Of a stretch of DNA of 15,432 bases, positions 1 to 8,312 are shown piece after piece; positions within the stretch are counted from its first letter, which is position 1; every line of letters begins with the position of its first letter. The notes under the pieces are model-generated. The model made no database searches and was not told the DNA's origin. It was given only the letters and a program-made list of their open reading frames with translations. Origin of the DNA: Thermoplasmata archaeon (lineage in GTDB: Archaea > Thermoplasmatota > Thermoplasmata > RBG-16-68-12 > JAGMCJ01); the NCBI GenBank assembly GCA_023129265.1, contig JAGMCJ010000194.1:1-15432 (forward strand). The letters are read 5' to 3'. The position numbers and the translations under genes were made by a program.

Positions 1-999
1 CGCGTTCAGGCTGATGACCACGCTGTCACCGGGGTTCACGGGAATCACATCAGATTGAAAGGGAGGGACAGTTGATGACGGGTCAGCATAGGAGTAGTTC
101 CCCGACGGGGTTTCGATCAGGATGTCGCTTGGCGAGAGATCAGGCCCCTCCACGTAGAAGAGAATCGTCGCAGAGTTGTTGCCCTCATCGTATTCGGTCA
201 CGTTGTCGTAGAAGTCCACCGTGTAGCTAAGGAGACAGCCCCCGACGAAGGGTAGGGCTGGCGCGGTCCAGATCGTGCTGAACCTCGCTCCCGGGGGTGC
301 GGAAGACCCCGGACCTATCTCCTGTATCTCCCCGAGGTGCTCGAAGGCCCCGCAGGAGTCGTCAAGCGCGGCTGTGTTCAGGATTCTTATGAAGGGCGTC
401 CCCGCGTTCGTCACGTTGGCCTCTACCACGAGGGAAGTGCCCGCCAGAACTACTATTGGTCCTATCGGCACAGCTGGGTCGTAGGGACCGGGATACTCGA
501 TTCCGTCGACGGCGATGGCATTTGGCTGGAGGTCTGGTATCGGAACAACTACGTCCCACTGTTGAGTGTTGTCCGGATCGTTCCACATTATCGTATTCTC
601 AAGCTCCCCGAAGGGGGGGAACTCACCGGGATCGCCTGTCCCGTGGCTCGTGGCGTTCGTATTGAGCCCGCCAAAGGCAGTTGCGTCCACATGAACACGA
701 TACGTGTCGCCATTGCTCCAGTTGACGTCCCGCTCAGCCGCCTCAAGCGTGTACGCGTACCAGCCACCGCTGGTGAGGACCCCGCCGGCTTTCGGAAAAC
801 GATTCCAGGAACCGCTGTGAAGTACCCATACAGCGAAGGGTGTGCTGTCTTCCCACGGGAGGCCCTGGAGAGGTGTATCGTCCCAGAGGAAAATCCTCCC
901 CTCCAAATTCATCTCCTCGGGTTGAGCCATTGATGATTGGGTCAGCGTCACAAGGGTGAGTAGCATGAACAGAGATGCGGCAATCGACCGCAACTTCAC
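1..999 (-). CDS. Secreted cell-surface-like protein, CARDB/Ig-like repeats (3' part runs off the window)
   Basis: Manual minus-strand translation from GTG at 999: VKLRSIAASLFMLLTLVTLTQSSMAQPEEMNLEGRIFLWDD... Signal peptide-like N-terminus, GGAGGG SD-like motif just upstream, open to base 1. Contains CARDB-like segments (LVVEANVTNAGTPF..., YTVDFYDNVTEYDEGNNSATILFYVEG). Confidence 0.8.
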   Translation of the reverse strand, partial: MKLRSIAASLFMLLTLVTLTQSSMAQPEEMNLEGRIFLWDDTPLQGLPWEDSTPFAVWVLHSGSWNRFPKAGGVLTSGGWYAYTLEAAERDVNWSNGDTYRVHVDATAFGGLNTNATSHGTGDPGEFPPFGELENTIMWNDPDNTQQWDVVVPIPDLQPNAIAVDGIEYPGPYDPAVPIGPIVVLAGTSLVVEANVTNAGTPFIRILNTAALDDSCGAFEHLGEIQEIGPGSSAPPGARFSTIWTAPALPFVGGCLLSYTVDFYDNVTEYDEGNNSATILFYVEGPDLSPSDILIETPSGNYSYADPSSTVPPFQSDVIPVNPGDSVVISLNA

Positions 1000-1071
1000 G
1001 ACTGCCCTCCAGGAAGCGTGGCGGGCGTTCCGCCTCTCTCCAACACCACAGAACCTCATATCGATACTACC

Positions 1072-4000
1072 TCAGACTCCAGCAAAGCCGAAGACCACAT
1101 CGGATGAGACATTGAGCTTCAGGGTGACAAACATCGCGAATTCCCTGTCGTACACCCCAACCTCCATGGCCGGGATATGTGGAACCCACCTCGACTCGGA
1201 GTGCTTGTACCAGAGGATGACAAGCGCGTTCATGACGTAGTCAGTGTAGTACGAGACGTTCTGATATGCGTACTGCCCGTTCGAGAACGGCTTCAGGGGA
1301 AGCGAGATGGCTTGATAGCCCTGCGTGAAGCGTCCAATCCATATGCCTGAGCTGTAGCTACCAGAGCCTTGGCCGAGCGAATCGCTCAGCGGGAAAATCA
1401 TGTAGTAGAACTCGTCATAGGGTTCGAAGAAGGCGTTCACGTGATCCACGCTGACCACGGGGCCCACCGGAGGCACGAAGGAACTGTACAGCGACCAGTA
1501 ATCCAGCCCTAGTTCTCCATAGAACCCAACTCTGCTGTTCGAATAGTAGATGTCATACGCGTCAGAGCCAACGGGCTGTAGCCAGGTAACCCTGATGTTG
1601 TTGCCCACAATGCTGAGCTCTACACTCTTGGCGTTTCCCGTGTGGTCAAAGCCGCCAAAGAGGAGCTCATCGTACCTGATCATGGTCCCGGGCAGACCCA
1701 CGAATATGAAGCGCACGTCGGACCCAAGTTCCACCACACAGCCATCGCCTATCGCGATTGTTCTGACAGGATCGCCACCGCCAGGAACCCTCAGCCAGTG
1801 CTCCGCCTCCATGTATTCGACGTAGTCTGCACCGAGCGCGGCCCGGTACTCCTCCGTGGTGTCCGTTCGAGCTGGCCCATCATACTCGACCCATGGGAAG
1901 TAGTCCAGGGGGATCGAGAATGTGTTGAATCCTGCGGAGAAAGTGTTCGTCCACGCGCCCGCCGTGTTGCTGGTCTCGCTGATGTCGCTCTCGTTCGCAT
2001 TCGCCGCTCTTATTAGGTAATAGTACTCACCGTCATGGCTGGCTGCTCCTCCCGCTTCTGGGTCCACCCAGTCGGTCGTCCCCGCCGGAACCACGTCATA
2101 CGCCGCGGCGGGAGACAGGTCTTGGAACCCGTTCTGGGTGAGTGACCTGAAAATGAGGTAATGATCCAGTTCTGGCCAGGGTGCCTCGACCCACCTGAGA
2201 CCTATGTCAGCTCCTCCGTCCCAATATGTCTCCACATTCTTGGGCGGGGCGGCGTAATAGGTCACCGTGATCATGACAAGAGGGAAGGGTACAACGGTAT
2301 GGTTGCCGTCCCATTTCACATATGCAACGCGGGCATCGGGATAGACTCCCACGGGATTAGTGCCAACGAGGTCGGAGGTGACATCGTACTCAACCTCCCA
2401 GGTCTCATTAATCGCCAGGGAGCTGACATTCCACTGCATGAATGTGAACACGCCCCTGTTGCCCATGTAGTGCGGGAGTTTTGGAAGACCCGAGGAAGGA
2501 TTGCGGAAGGAGCCGGTTACGAGGTGTATATAGGATGGAAGGACGTCCTCGATCATGGGAGAGTTGTCGGAGACATCCAAGTCCCGACCCGCCACCTGAT
2601 CGACTATCGTTCCGATCTGCTTGTAGATGCCTACCAGATCCTCGGGCGTCTCGGCGTAGAAGTACTCACCCTCGGTTATGGCGGCGATGTTCTGTAGCAC
2701 GGCGTGCTGGGCATCTGAACCCAGACCAATCGTGTAGATGACTACGTTGTTGGCTGCAGCGTTCTGAGCCTCAGTGATGGGATCGAGACCTGAATTGCTC
2801 TTCCCGTCCGTTAGAAGAATACATACCCAGATATGGTTCGGGTCAGCATCCGACACGAGGTCATTCCAGCATGCATATATTGCGTTTCCAATTGCGGTTC
2901 CTCCGACCGGAACAAGAACACTGTCTATGTCTGCCTTAATCTGCAGGTAATTCGTGCTGAGCGGGTTAATTCGCATCACAGAAGTGTCGAAGAATATCAC
3001 AGCACCCTGGTCGGGTAGCTTCATGTCGTCGACGTAGCTCTTTGCGCCTAGCTTGGCATAATCGAATTTCTCGATTGGCCAGTTCATGCTGCCGGACTTG
3101 TCTATGAGGAAAATGACATCCTGGGGAACGGACCTGATTACCCCAGAGCCTTGGCCAGTGACAGATAGCAGGACAGTCGCGACGGTTGGGTAGCCGGGAC
3201 CCGCGTTTTCGTGGAATATCGTGGACGGTGCCACGCTTTTCACAGGCTCGATGTGGGGATATACTCTCACGAGAATACTTGCACTGTCCGATGCCAGTGT
3301 GGTTGATGATGCCGTGCCAGTGACAATGACCGACTGATAGTTCCCGACTGGGGGGCTTGAGGGGACGTTCACACCGATCTTGAACTGCAGCGATTGCTCC
3401 GGACCGAGAGGTCCAGAATCCGGAATGCCGTCACCGTCTCCTGGGGAGTCCATCAGGGGGAAGATTCCATCGTCCTGCAGTATCTCAATCGTCCAGTTGT
3501 TCGGTGCGCTCGTTATCGTTATGTCGATGTAGTCCGAGATAAGTTGCTTGTTTGTCACCGTTAGATTCAGGAGCACTCGTTCTCCGACCTCCCCGTGAGT
3601 GTCGTGGTCGGGGCCCAGCACCACCAGCGCGAGTGTGGGAGCCATGTCAAACCTCCAGCCTGCGTTGGTGGAGCTGGTGTCATCGTAGCCATCGGAGGTC
3701 CCATTGCCGTCGGGCACTCGGCTCATAGAGAATCCCTGTGAATGCAGAGAGCTCCATCCTGCCATGTCAAGCAGCTGACCCGTTGAATCGTAGAGGTAGA
3801 CATTATCTGCCAGGACGCCCATGGAATCGAAGAACCCCGAGTCCATTGGATACCTCAACACGTAGTGCGGATTGGCTTCGGTAAGGGTGATTCCGCCCAC
3901 GAGGTATTCCTGATTGGCGACAATCGTGTAGCCCAGCAGACTGATGGAACCGGCACCTCTGTAGTAGACCTCCACATATGCTTCGTCAGCAACATTCGGG

Positions 4001-5766
4001 AAGTACAAGATCTCATTGAGTACGAGTTCTGGGTTCCCATCAACGCCTGGAACGCTGTTGTCTGCTCCGAATGTCGGAACCTCTTCCCGGACCCATTCAT
4101 CCGTGTAGCCGTTGCCCACCCTGCGCCTCGAAACGGACTCCCCCCAAAGAGGGTCAGGCGCTGTTCCCATCTGACCATATCCGACTTCGTCTATGAAGGT
4201 CAGGCTCACGGGGTCAAACAGGAAAAGTCTGGCACCTTGGTCGCCCAGGTTGAGTGGAATGACCAGGTCCGCAGAAGGGTCGTCGCCAAGCGTCCTGTAC
4301 TCAAGCGAAGGTATAGTCCCCAGTGCCGTCAAGGAATAGAGCTGGGTATCGTCGACTTGAAGTACATATCCGTTCAGGTCAACTGGTTTGGAGCCGAAGT
4401 TGTATATCTCCACGAGTTGCGCGTTGTTGGGTGCATCCCTCAGCTCGGTAATCAGGATTTGCCCCGTATCGTAAGAGGAGAAGTAGACCTCATAGAAAGT
4501 CTGGCTTCTAAAATCATTCCAAGCAATGAATATGCCGAATGTCCCCAAAGCCATCGATGGGTACTGCTGTGTTGATGAATCGTCCAACGGATCGCCATTC
4601 TCATCGGTATCATCCACACGTAAGTCATTGCCGTTCATGATTCCGTCTCCCCATGTAGTGCCCCCGTCCTCCGAGTATGAAAAGAATATGTCTGGATCGC
4701 CGGCCCGGTTGTCGCTCCACGTCACATATAGTCCTCGCGGTCCAGAGACTATGCAGGGGCCAGTGTATGAAGTCGAGGATGCGTAGTCATCCACCTTGAC
4801 AGGGCTGGACCAAGTATTCCCACCATCCGTGGATCTCGAGTGGCTGATTTGCCTCTCTCCTGAGGGATTGTTGTAGTACCATACGGCGTGAAGAATCCCG
4901 GTGGTGTCTGCTGCAACGTCAAGATGCCTGAGAATGGAACCCGAAGGTTCGGCGAAAAGAACGTGAGGTGTCCAAGTGGTGGACCCTAGGTCTGATGAGT
5001 CGGCAATCCAAAAGGTCGTGAAGCTAACATCCTGCTCCCTCCAGGACACGTGAATCTTACTACCAGCGGTGGTTACAGACGGAAATGCATTTATCGATTC
5101 TTGGGTGGAGATCTGAACCTCTGGCTCAAAGCTGAAGCCCCCGTCCGTGGACTTGGACACAAAGACGTGGTCGTACGAAGGATTGCGATCATCGAACCAA
5201 ACAACGAAGAGATTCCCGGAAGAACCAACACCGACATCTGGCTCCCGACACCTTGTGTTTTGTGAAGCAGTGTCCACTTTCACCGGGGCCGACCAAGTCG
5301 CTCCTGAATTGGATGAATAGGTCGCAAATATGTGAATTCCGCCTGCCATCGAAGACTCCTGCCAGGAGACATATATTCGATTATTCATGGCGCCCCCAGT
5401 TCTGTCGATGGCAATGGAGGGCAAGCGAGAATTGGCGCCATGAACCCCAGAATCTATTCTAATCGATGATGACCAACTCGCCCCTTCGTCAGTCGACTTG
5501 GAATAGTAAATTCCATAATAGCCCGTTCTGTTGTCAGACCACACAATGTGAATAACTTCGTTTCCATCAACAGCGACGTCGGGACTCCAGGAGTTCGCTG
5601 ATCCATCGTCCACTTTCTGATTAGGGCGACTGAAGGATTTGGTGAGATGAATCTCTGGTGTATCATCACTCGCGACGACAACCAGGCTTGTTATCATGAG
5701 AATCGTAGAAATGAGAGCAAACAACCTACAATAGTCACACCAAACGCTGGATGCCGCGTCCTTCAT
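1072..5766 (-). CDS. Very large secreted multidomain protein: signal peptide, Asp-box (BNR/sialidase-like) repeats, two lamin-tail-like domains, vWA domain, FnIII-like C-terminal region
   Basis: ORF track 1072..5799. The preferred start is ATG at 5766 (MKDAASSVWCDYCRLFALISTILMITSLVVVAS), preceded by GGAGGAG. Repeats: SKSTDEGASW, TYSSNSGATW, SKSTDGGFSF, SRSTDGGNTW, SYSEDGGTTW. LTD-like segments: ILITELRDAPNNAQLVEIYNFGSKPVDLNGYVLQ and LVLNEILYFPNVADEAYVEVYYRG. vWA MIDAS: VIFLIDKSGSM. Confidence 0.9.
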   Translation of the reverse strand: MKDAASSVWCDYCRLFALISTILMITSLVVVASDDTPEIHLTKSFSRPNQKVDDGSANSWSPDVAVDGNEVIHIVWSDNRTGYYGIYYSKSTDEGASWSSSIRIDSGVHGANSRLPSIAIDRTGGAMNNRIYVSWQESSMAGGIHIFATYSSNSGATWSAPVKVDTASQNTRCREPDVGVGSSGNLFVVWFDDRNPSYDHVFVSKSTDGGFSFEPEVQISTQESINAFPSVTTAGSKIHVSWREQDVSFTTFWIADSSDLGSTTWTPHVLFAEPSGSILRHLDVAADTTGILHAVWYYNNPSGERQISHSRSTDGGNTWSSPVKVDDYASSTSYTGPCIVSGPRGLYVTWSDNRAGDPDIFFSYSEDGGTTWGDGIMNGNDLRVDDTDENGDPLDDSSTQQYPSMALGTFGIFIAWNDFRSQTFYEVYFSSYDTGQILITELRDAPNNAQLVEIYNFGSKPVDLNGYVLQVDDTQLYSLTALGTIPSLEYRTLGDDPSADLVIPLNLGDQGARLFLFDPVSLTFIDEVGYGQMGTAPDPLWGESVSRRRVGNGYTDEWVREEVPTFGADNSVPGVDGNPELVLNEILYFPNVADEAYVEVYYRGAGSISLLGYTIVANQEYLVGGITLTEANPHYVLRYPMDSGFFDSMGVLADNVYLYDSTGQLLDMAGWSSLHSQGFSMSRVPDGNGTSDGYDDTSSTNAGWRFDMAPTLALVVLGPDHDTHGEVGERVLLNLTVTNKQLISDYIDITITSAPNNWTIEILQDDGIFPLMDSPGDGDGIPDSGPLGPEQSLQFKIGVNVPSSPPVGNYQSVIVTGTASSTTLASDSASILVRVYPHIEPVKSVAPSTIFHENAGPGYPTVATVLLSVTGQGSGVIRSVPQDVIFLIDKSGSMNWPIEKFDYAKLGAKSYVDDMKLPDQGAVIFFDTSVMRINPLSTNYLQIKADIDSVLVPVGGTAIGNAIYACWNDLVSDADPNHIWVCILLTDGKSNSGLDPITEAQNAAANNVVIYTIGLGSDAQHAVLQNIAAITEGEYFYAETPEDLVGIYKQIGTIVDQVAGRDLDVSDNSPMIEDVLPSYIHLVTGSFRNPSSGLPKLPHYMGNRGVFTFMQWNVSSLAINETWEVEYDVTSDLVGTNPVGVYPDARVAYVKWDGNHTVVPFPLVMITVTYYAAPPKNVETYWDGGADIGLRWVEAPWPELDHYLIFRSLTQNGFQDLSPAAAYDVVPAGTTDWVDPEAGGAASHDGEYYYLIRAANANESDISETSNTAGAWTNTFSAGFNTFSIPLDYFPWVEYDGPARTDTTEEYRAALGADYVEYMEAEHWLRVPGGGDPVRTIAIGDGCVVELGSDVRFIFVGLPGTMIRYDELLFGGFDHTGNAKSVELSIVGNNIRVTWLQPVGSDAYDIYYSNSRVGFYGELGLDYWSLYSSFVPPVGPVVSVDHVNAFFEPYDEFYYMIFPLSDSLGQGSGSYSSGIWIGRFTQGYQAISLPLKPFSNGQYAYQNVSYYTDYVMNALVILWYKHSESRWVPHIPAMEVGVYDREFAMFVTLKLNVSSDVVFGFAGV

Positions 5767-5853
5767 AGCTCCTCCTCCGAGGAAGGTATTGCAGCACAAA
5801 CGGTAGGTCTCCGCCTCCGTCTCTGCCCACTGTGCAAATTAATGACACGGCGC

Positions 5854-5865
5854 CTATTTATATTT
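5854..5865 (-). promoter_or_regulatory. Archaeal TATA box (box A) for the large secreted-protein gene
   Basis: Minus strand reads GGGAAAATATAAATAGGCG, about 90 nt upstream of the ATG at 5766. Confidence 0.6.
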
Positions 5866-6078
5866 TCCCGCCAGGACATCCACAGACCGCTCTTGGTCCC
5901 ATTCGGGCGACTATTGTCAAACTAAGAATTTGAACCATGCCATTGGTACGGCCAGAACCTTGTATCCGGTTTGAATCGTTTGGCCTCTCGCACAAGAACC
6001 CTATCGCTAATCTCGAAGCTCATCATTAGCATCCCAGTCATCGTTCTTCGAGGAGCCGTGAACGTGACCGATGAATTT

Positions 6079-6496
6079 GTGGTTTCATCTGACGAACTCA
6101 GGGAGATTTGAAAGACTCGAAAACAATTGCCGTAGTTGGGTGTCGGCCAAACCAGAGAGGCCAAGCTATCGAGTGGCAAGATACCTAGAAGATGCGGGCC
6201 ACGAAGTCATCCCAGTGAACCCGAACTATCAGGAAATTGATGAGATGAAGAGCTATCCCGGCCTAGAATCGATATCCAAGGATGTAGACGTAGTAGACAT
6301 ATTCCGCAGGTCCGAATATGTAGTACCTGCAGTAGATGTCGCAATGAGAAAAGGCGCCAAGGTCATATGGATGCAAGAGGGTGTTGTCAACAAGGAAGCC
6401 GCAATAAAGGCCAGACAGGCGGGGCTGAAGGTCGTCATGGACAGGTGCATGATGAAGGAGCATCACAGGCTGATAGCCCACGAGACAGGAGAATAG
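6079..6496 (+). pseudogene. CoA-binding domain protein (YccU-like, Rossmann fold), disrupted by two apparent single-base deletions
   Basis: The C-terminal frame is typical: SAKPERPSYRVARYLEDAGHEVIPVNPNYQEI...VDVVDIFRRSEYVVPAVDVAMRKGAKVIWMQEGVVNKEAAIKARQAGLKVVMDRCMMKEHHRL. The N-terminal family sequence is split across two other frames: VVSSDELREI, then LKDSKTIAVVG, then (V)SAKPERP. The track ORF starting at 6071 lacks the glycine-motif N-terminus. Confidence 0.75.
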
Positions 6497-6519
6497 TGTT
6501 TTCGGGCGCGAGAGGCAAG

Positions 6520-6621
6520 TGGGCCCGCCGAGAATTTCAGGCCCTCGCGAGAGCAAGAGCCTTTTGAACTCGAGTTACCAGCACCCCAAGCTGGAAGGAT
6601 ACCAAGCTACCCCACGGGCCC
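6520..6621 (-). tRNA. tRNA-Pro(GGG) containing a 29-nt intron in the T-loop (position 59/60)
   Basis: Minus strand: GGGCCCG TG GGGT AGCTTGGTA TCCT T CCAGC TTGGGGT GCTGG TAAC TCGAG TTCAAA [intron 6562..6534] T CTCGG CGGGCCC A. The 7-bp acceptor stem is perfect and the anticodon stem is 5 bp. Anticodon is GGG with U33. G15/C48, A14, G18G19 and A21 are present. The mature tRNA is exactly 73 nt after removing 29 nt. CCA is not encoded. Confidence 0.93.
6534..6562 (-). other. Archaeal tRNA intron (29 nt), BHB-type
   Basis: Intron AGGCTCTTGCTCTCGCGAGGGCCTGAAAT. The BHB has H' = T-stem, a 4-bp central helix TTCA/TGAA, and 3-nt bulges AA|A and AT|T. The inner helix GGC/GCC extends into a ~9-bp hairpin. 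Splicing restores the T-loop TTCAAAT. Confidence 0.88.
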
Positions 6622-6660
6622 TGACGGTGCATGGTGCCGTAGAACAAAAAGGCTTCGCAT

Positions 6661-6852
6661 CTATCCGAATGGCAGCACGTCATCAATCGTGTCAGCATTC
6701 GAAAGCAGCATTCTGCGGCAACAATAGCGGGTTAATCCAAGGGAATCGAGAACCTTCTGCGGATCCTCGCCCATCTCGATTTTCTTCTGATATTCCTCCC
6801 ACTCAGAGGCCACGACCCTTCCGCAGCTGAAGCATCTCACTGGTATTATCAC
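6661..6852 (-). CDS. rpoN: DNA-directed RNA polymerase subunit N
   Basis: 63 aa from GTG: VIIPVRCFSCGRVVASEWEEYQKKIEMGEDPQKVLDSLGLTRYCCRRMLLSNADTIDDVLPFG. It has CxxC...CC zinc ligands. The track ORF begins too far upstream, inside rps9. Confidence 0.95.
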   Translation of the reverse strand: MIIPVRCFSCGRVVASEWEEYQKKIEMGEDPQKVLDSLGLTRYCCRRMLLSNADTIDDVLPFG

Positions 6853-6856
6853 AGAA

Positions 6857-7255
6857 TCACCTATAGGACTTCTGCCTCTTCTTCCTTGCGCCCCTGCCCA
6901 TCGGCTTCTTGGGCATTTTTCTTCTTGGGTCGCTTGCGAGCAGGGTTCTGTCCCGTTCCTTGAAAAGCGATTCCAGCTCCTTGCTCTCAAGATATGCCAC
7001 GATGCCCCTGGCGATAGCCGTCCGTGTCGCATCTGCCTGACCCATGATGCCCCCGCCCTTCACGTTGACCTCGATGTCCAGTTTCTTGATCTTGTCTCCG
7101 GCCATGACGATGGGCTCAAGGATCTTCTGGCGGGCCAGTTCCGGACTCAGTATCTCGACTGGTCTCTTGTTCACCCTAACCAGTCCCTTCCCTGGCTTGA
7201 TCGTGGCTCTTGCGATCGCCTTCTTCCTCTTCCCGCTTGTCTGGATGACTTTCAT
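6857..7255 (-). CDS. rps9: 30S ribosomal protein S9 (uS9)
   Basis: MKVIQTSGKRKKAIARATIKPGKGLVRVNKRPVE...SDPRRKMPKKPMGRGARKKRQKSYR, a typical uS9 C-terminus. Confidence 0.97.
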   Translation of the reverse strand: MKVIQTSGKRKKAIARATIKPGKGLVRVNKRPVEILSPELARQKILEPIVMAGDKIKKLDIEVNVKGGGIMGQADATRTAIARGIVAYLESKELESLFKERDRTLLASDPRRKMPKKPMGRGARKKRQKSYR

Positions 7256-7263
7256 CGGACCAC

Positions 7264-7677
7264 CTAGAACTTGGCCCCGAGTTTCCTCGATATATCACCG
7301 ATCTTCGTGTACTCGCACTTCAGTTTCCCAAGGGCCTCCTCAATCCTCTCCGTGCTCGACTCGGCATACGAGTCAGGAATGCCAATGTATACCCTCAACC
7401 TCTTGAACGCTTCCCTTCCTCTGGGCTTCTGGTAGGGAATCATGCCTCTGATCGTTCTCGTTACGATCTTGTCCGGCATTCTCGGGAAAAAGGGACCTGA
7501 CGTCTGGCTACCTATCTCCCTAATCTCCTTGTATTCGTTGAGCACGGATACCCTGTCCCCCGAAATGACCGCGAGCTCGGCATTGACCACAACGATTTCC
7601 TCCCCTTCGAGAAGCCTCTTGGCCACAACGCTGGCAAGCCTGCCCAGCACAGAGCCAGTGGCATCGATCACAGCCAT
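7264..7677 (-). CDS. rpl13: 50S ribosomal protein L13 (uL13)
   Basis: MAVIDATGSVLGRLASVVAKRLLEGEEIVVVNAE...IRGMIPYQKPRGREAFKRLRVYIG. Confidence 0.97.
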   Translation of the reverse strand: MAVIDATGSVLGRLASVVAKRLLEGEEIVVVNAELAVISGDRVSVLNEYKEIREIGSQTSGPFFPRMPDKIVTRTIRGMIPYQKPRGREAFKRLRVYIGIPDSYAESSTERIEEALGKLKCEYTKIGDISRKLGAKF

Positions 7678-7680
7678 GGT

Positions 7681-8043
7681 TCACCTCATTATTCTAACGC
7701 CACTTCCCTTCGGGTTCTTGTTCATGAGTTCCTCAATGGTCAGAACGAGGCCACCGGAGTCTGTGATCTTTCTCCTTGCCGCTTCGGAAGAGTGAAAGGA
7801 GGCCACAGTCACAGGCTTGTCTATGCTGCCGGAACCGAGAAGCCTGCCAGGGACGAGGATGACCTCCCCCTTCTTGGCGTATCTGGATATCCTGCTGATA
7901 TTCACTTCGGCCCAATTCCTCCGAGGTTTGCTCAGCCTGCTGGCTGTGTCCTTCCAAACGGGTGCTTTGTTCTCATAGGAGTGCTTCTTCAGCTGCTCTA
8001 TGAGTTCCAACAGTCTAGGATTGGACTTCTTACTACCAGCCAT
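7681..8043 (-). CDS. rpl18e: 50S ribosomal protein L18e (eL18)
   Basis: MAGSKKSNPRLLELIEQLKKHSYENKAPVWKDTASRLSKPRRNWAEVNISRISRYAKKGEVILVPGRLLGSG. Cluster order L18e-L13-S9-RpoN is the conserved archaeal order. Confidence 0.96.
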   Translation of the reverse strand: MAGSKKSNPRLLELIEQLKKHSYENKAPVWKDTASRLSKPRRNWAEVNISRISRYAKKGEVILVPGRLLGSGSIDKPVTVASFHSSEAARRKITDSGGLVLTIEELMNKNPKGSGVRIMR

Positions 8044-8080
8044 CAGATATCCTCTGAAGAAGGTCTAAAGAGGGGTCTTC

Positions 8081-8087
8081 ATATAAA
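8081..8087 (-). promoter_or_regulatory. TATA box of the rpl18e-rpl13-rps9-rpoN cluster
   Basis: Minus strand reads AAAAGGTTTATATGAAG, about 40 nt upstream of the rpl18e ATG. Confidence 0.7.
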
Positions 8088-8250
8088 CCTTTTGTCCGTC
8101 TGGACTGCGAAAATTCGACAGCCAGTCCACTGCCATTTTGTCCTTTGAGCCCACCGTTGGAAACAGCTCCGAGACCCAAATGTCCGGTGCACCGGGGTTT
8201 TCGATGTCATCGGAAGCCGTAAACGAGCTTTTTGGGGGCACATTATCGAA

Positions 8251-8266
8251 AACTATAAATATAAAT
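8251..8266 (+). promoter_or_regulatory. TATA box for the endonuclease IV-like/hxlB operon
   Basis: CGAAAACTATAAATATAAATGCG, about 50 nt upstream of the ATG at 8313, which is preceded by GGTGGAG. Confidence 0.7.
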
Positions 8267-8312
8267 GCGCGCCAAATAGTAAGACCTTCGGGTTAATTAG
8301 TCTGGTGGAGTA

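Noticed and set aside
337-933. 198-aa plus-strand ORF
   Set aside because: It is antisense to the secreted-protein CDS (1..999), which has a signal peptide and coherent domain sequence. The 198-aa translation is low in family-like character.
3865-4575. 236-aa plus-strand ORF
   Set aside because: Antisense shadow ORF inside the large secreted protein gene, with no domain signal.
4600-5700. Repeated motifs that might suggest a DNA repeat array
   Set aside because: Repetition is at protein level (Asp-box/BNR motifs). The nucleotide repeats are diverged and spaced like propeller blades, not CRISPR or tandem DNA repeats.
5922-6179. 85-aa minus-strand ORF
   Set aside because: It overlaps the start of the CoA-binding gene antisense and has no recognisable family. 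It could be real but is unsupported.
6661-7032. Full 123-aa version of the RpoN ORF
   Set aside because: The first 60 residues overlap rps9 and look non-coding (MRHGRLSPGASWHILRARSWNRF...). True RpoN begins at the GTG at 6852.
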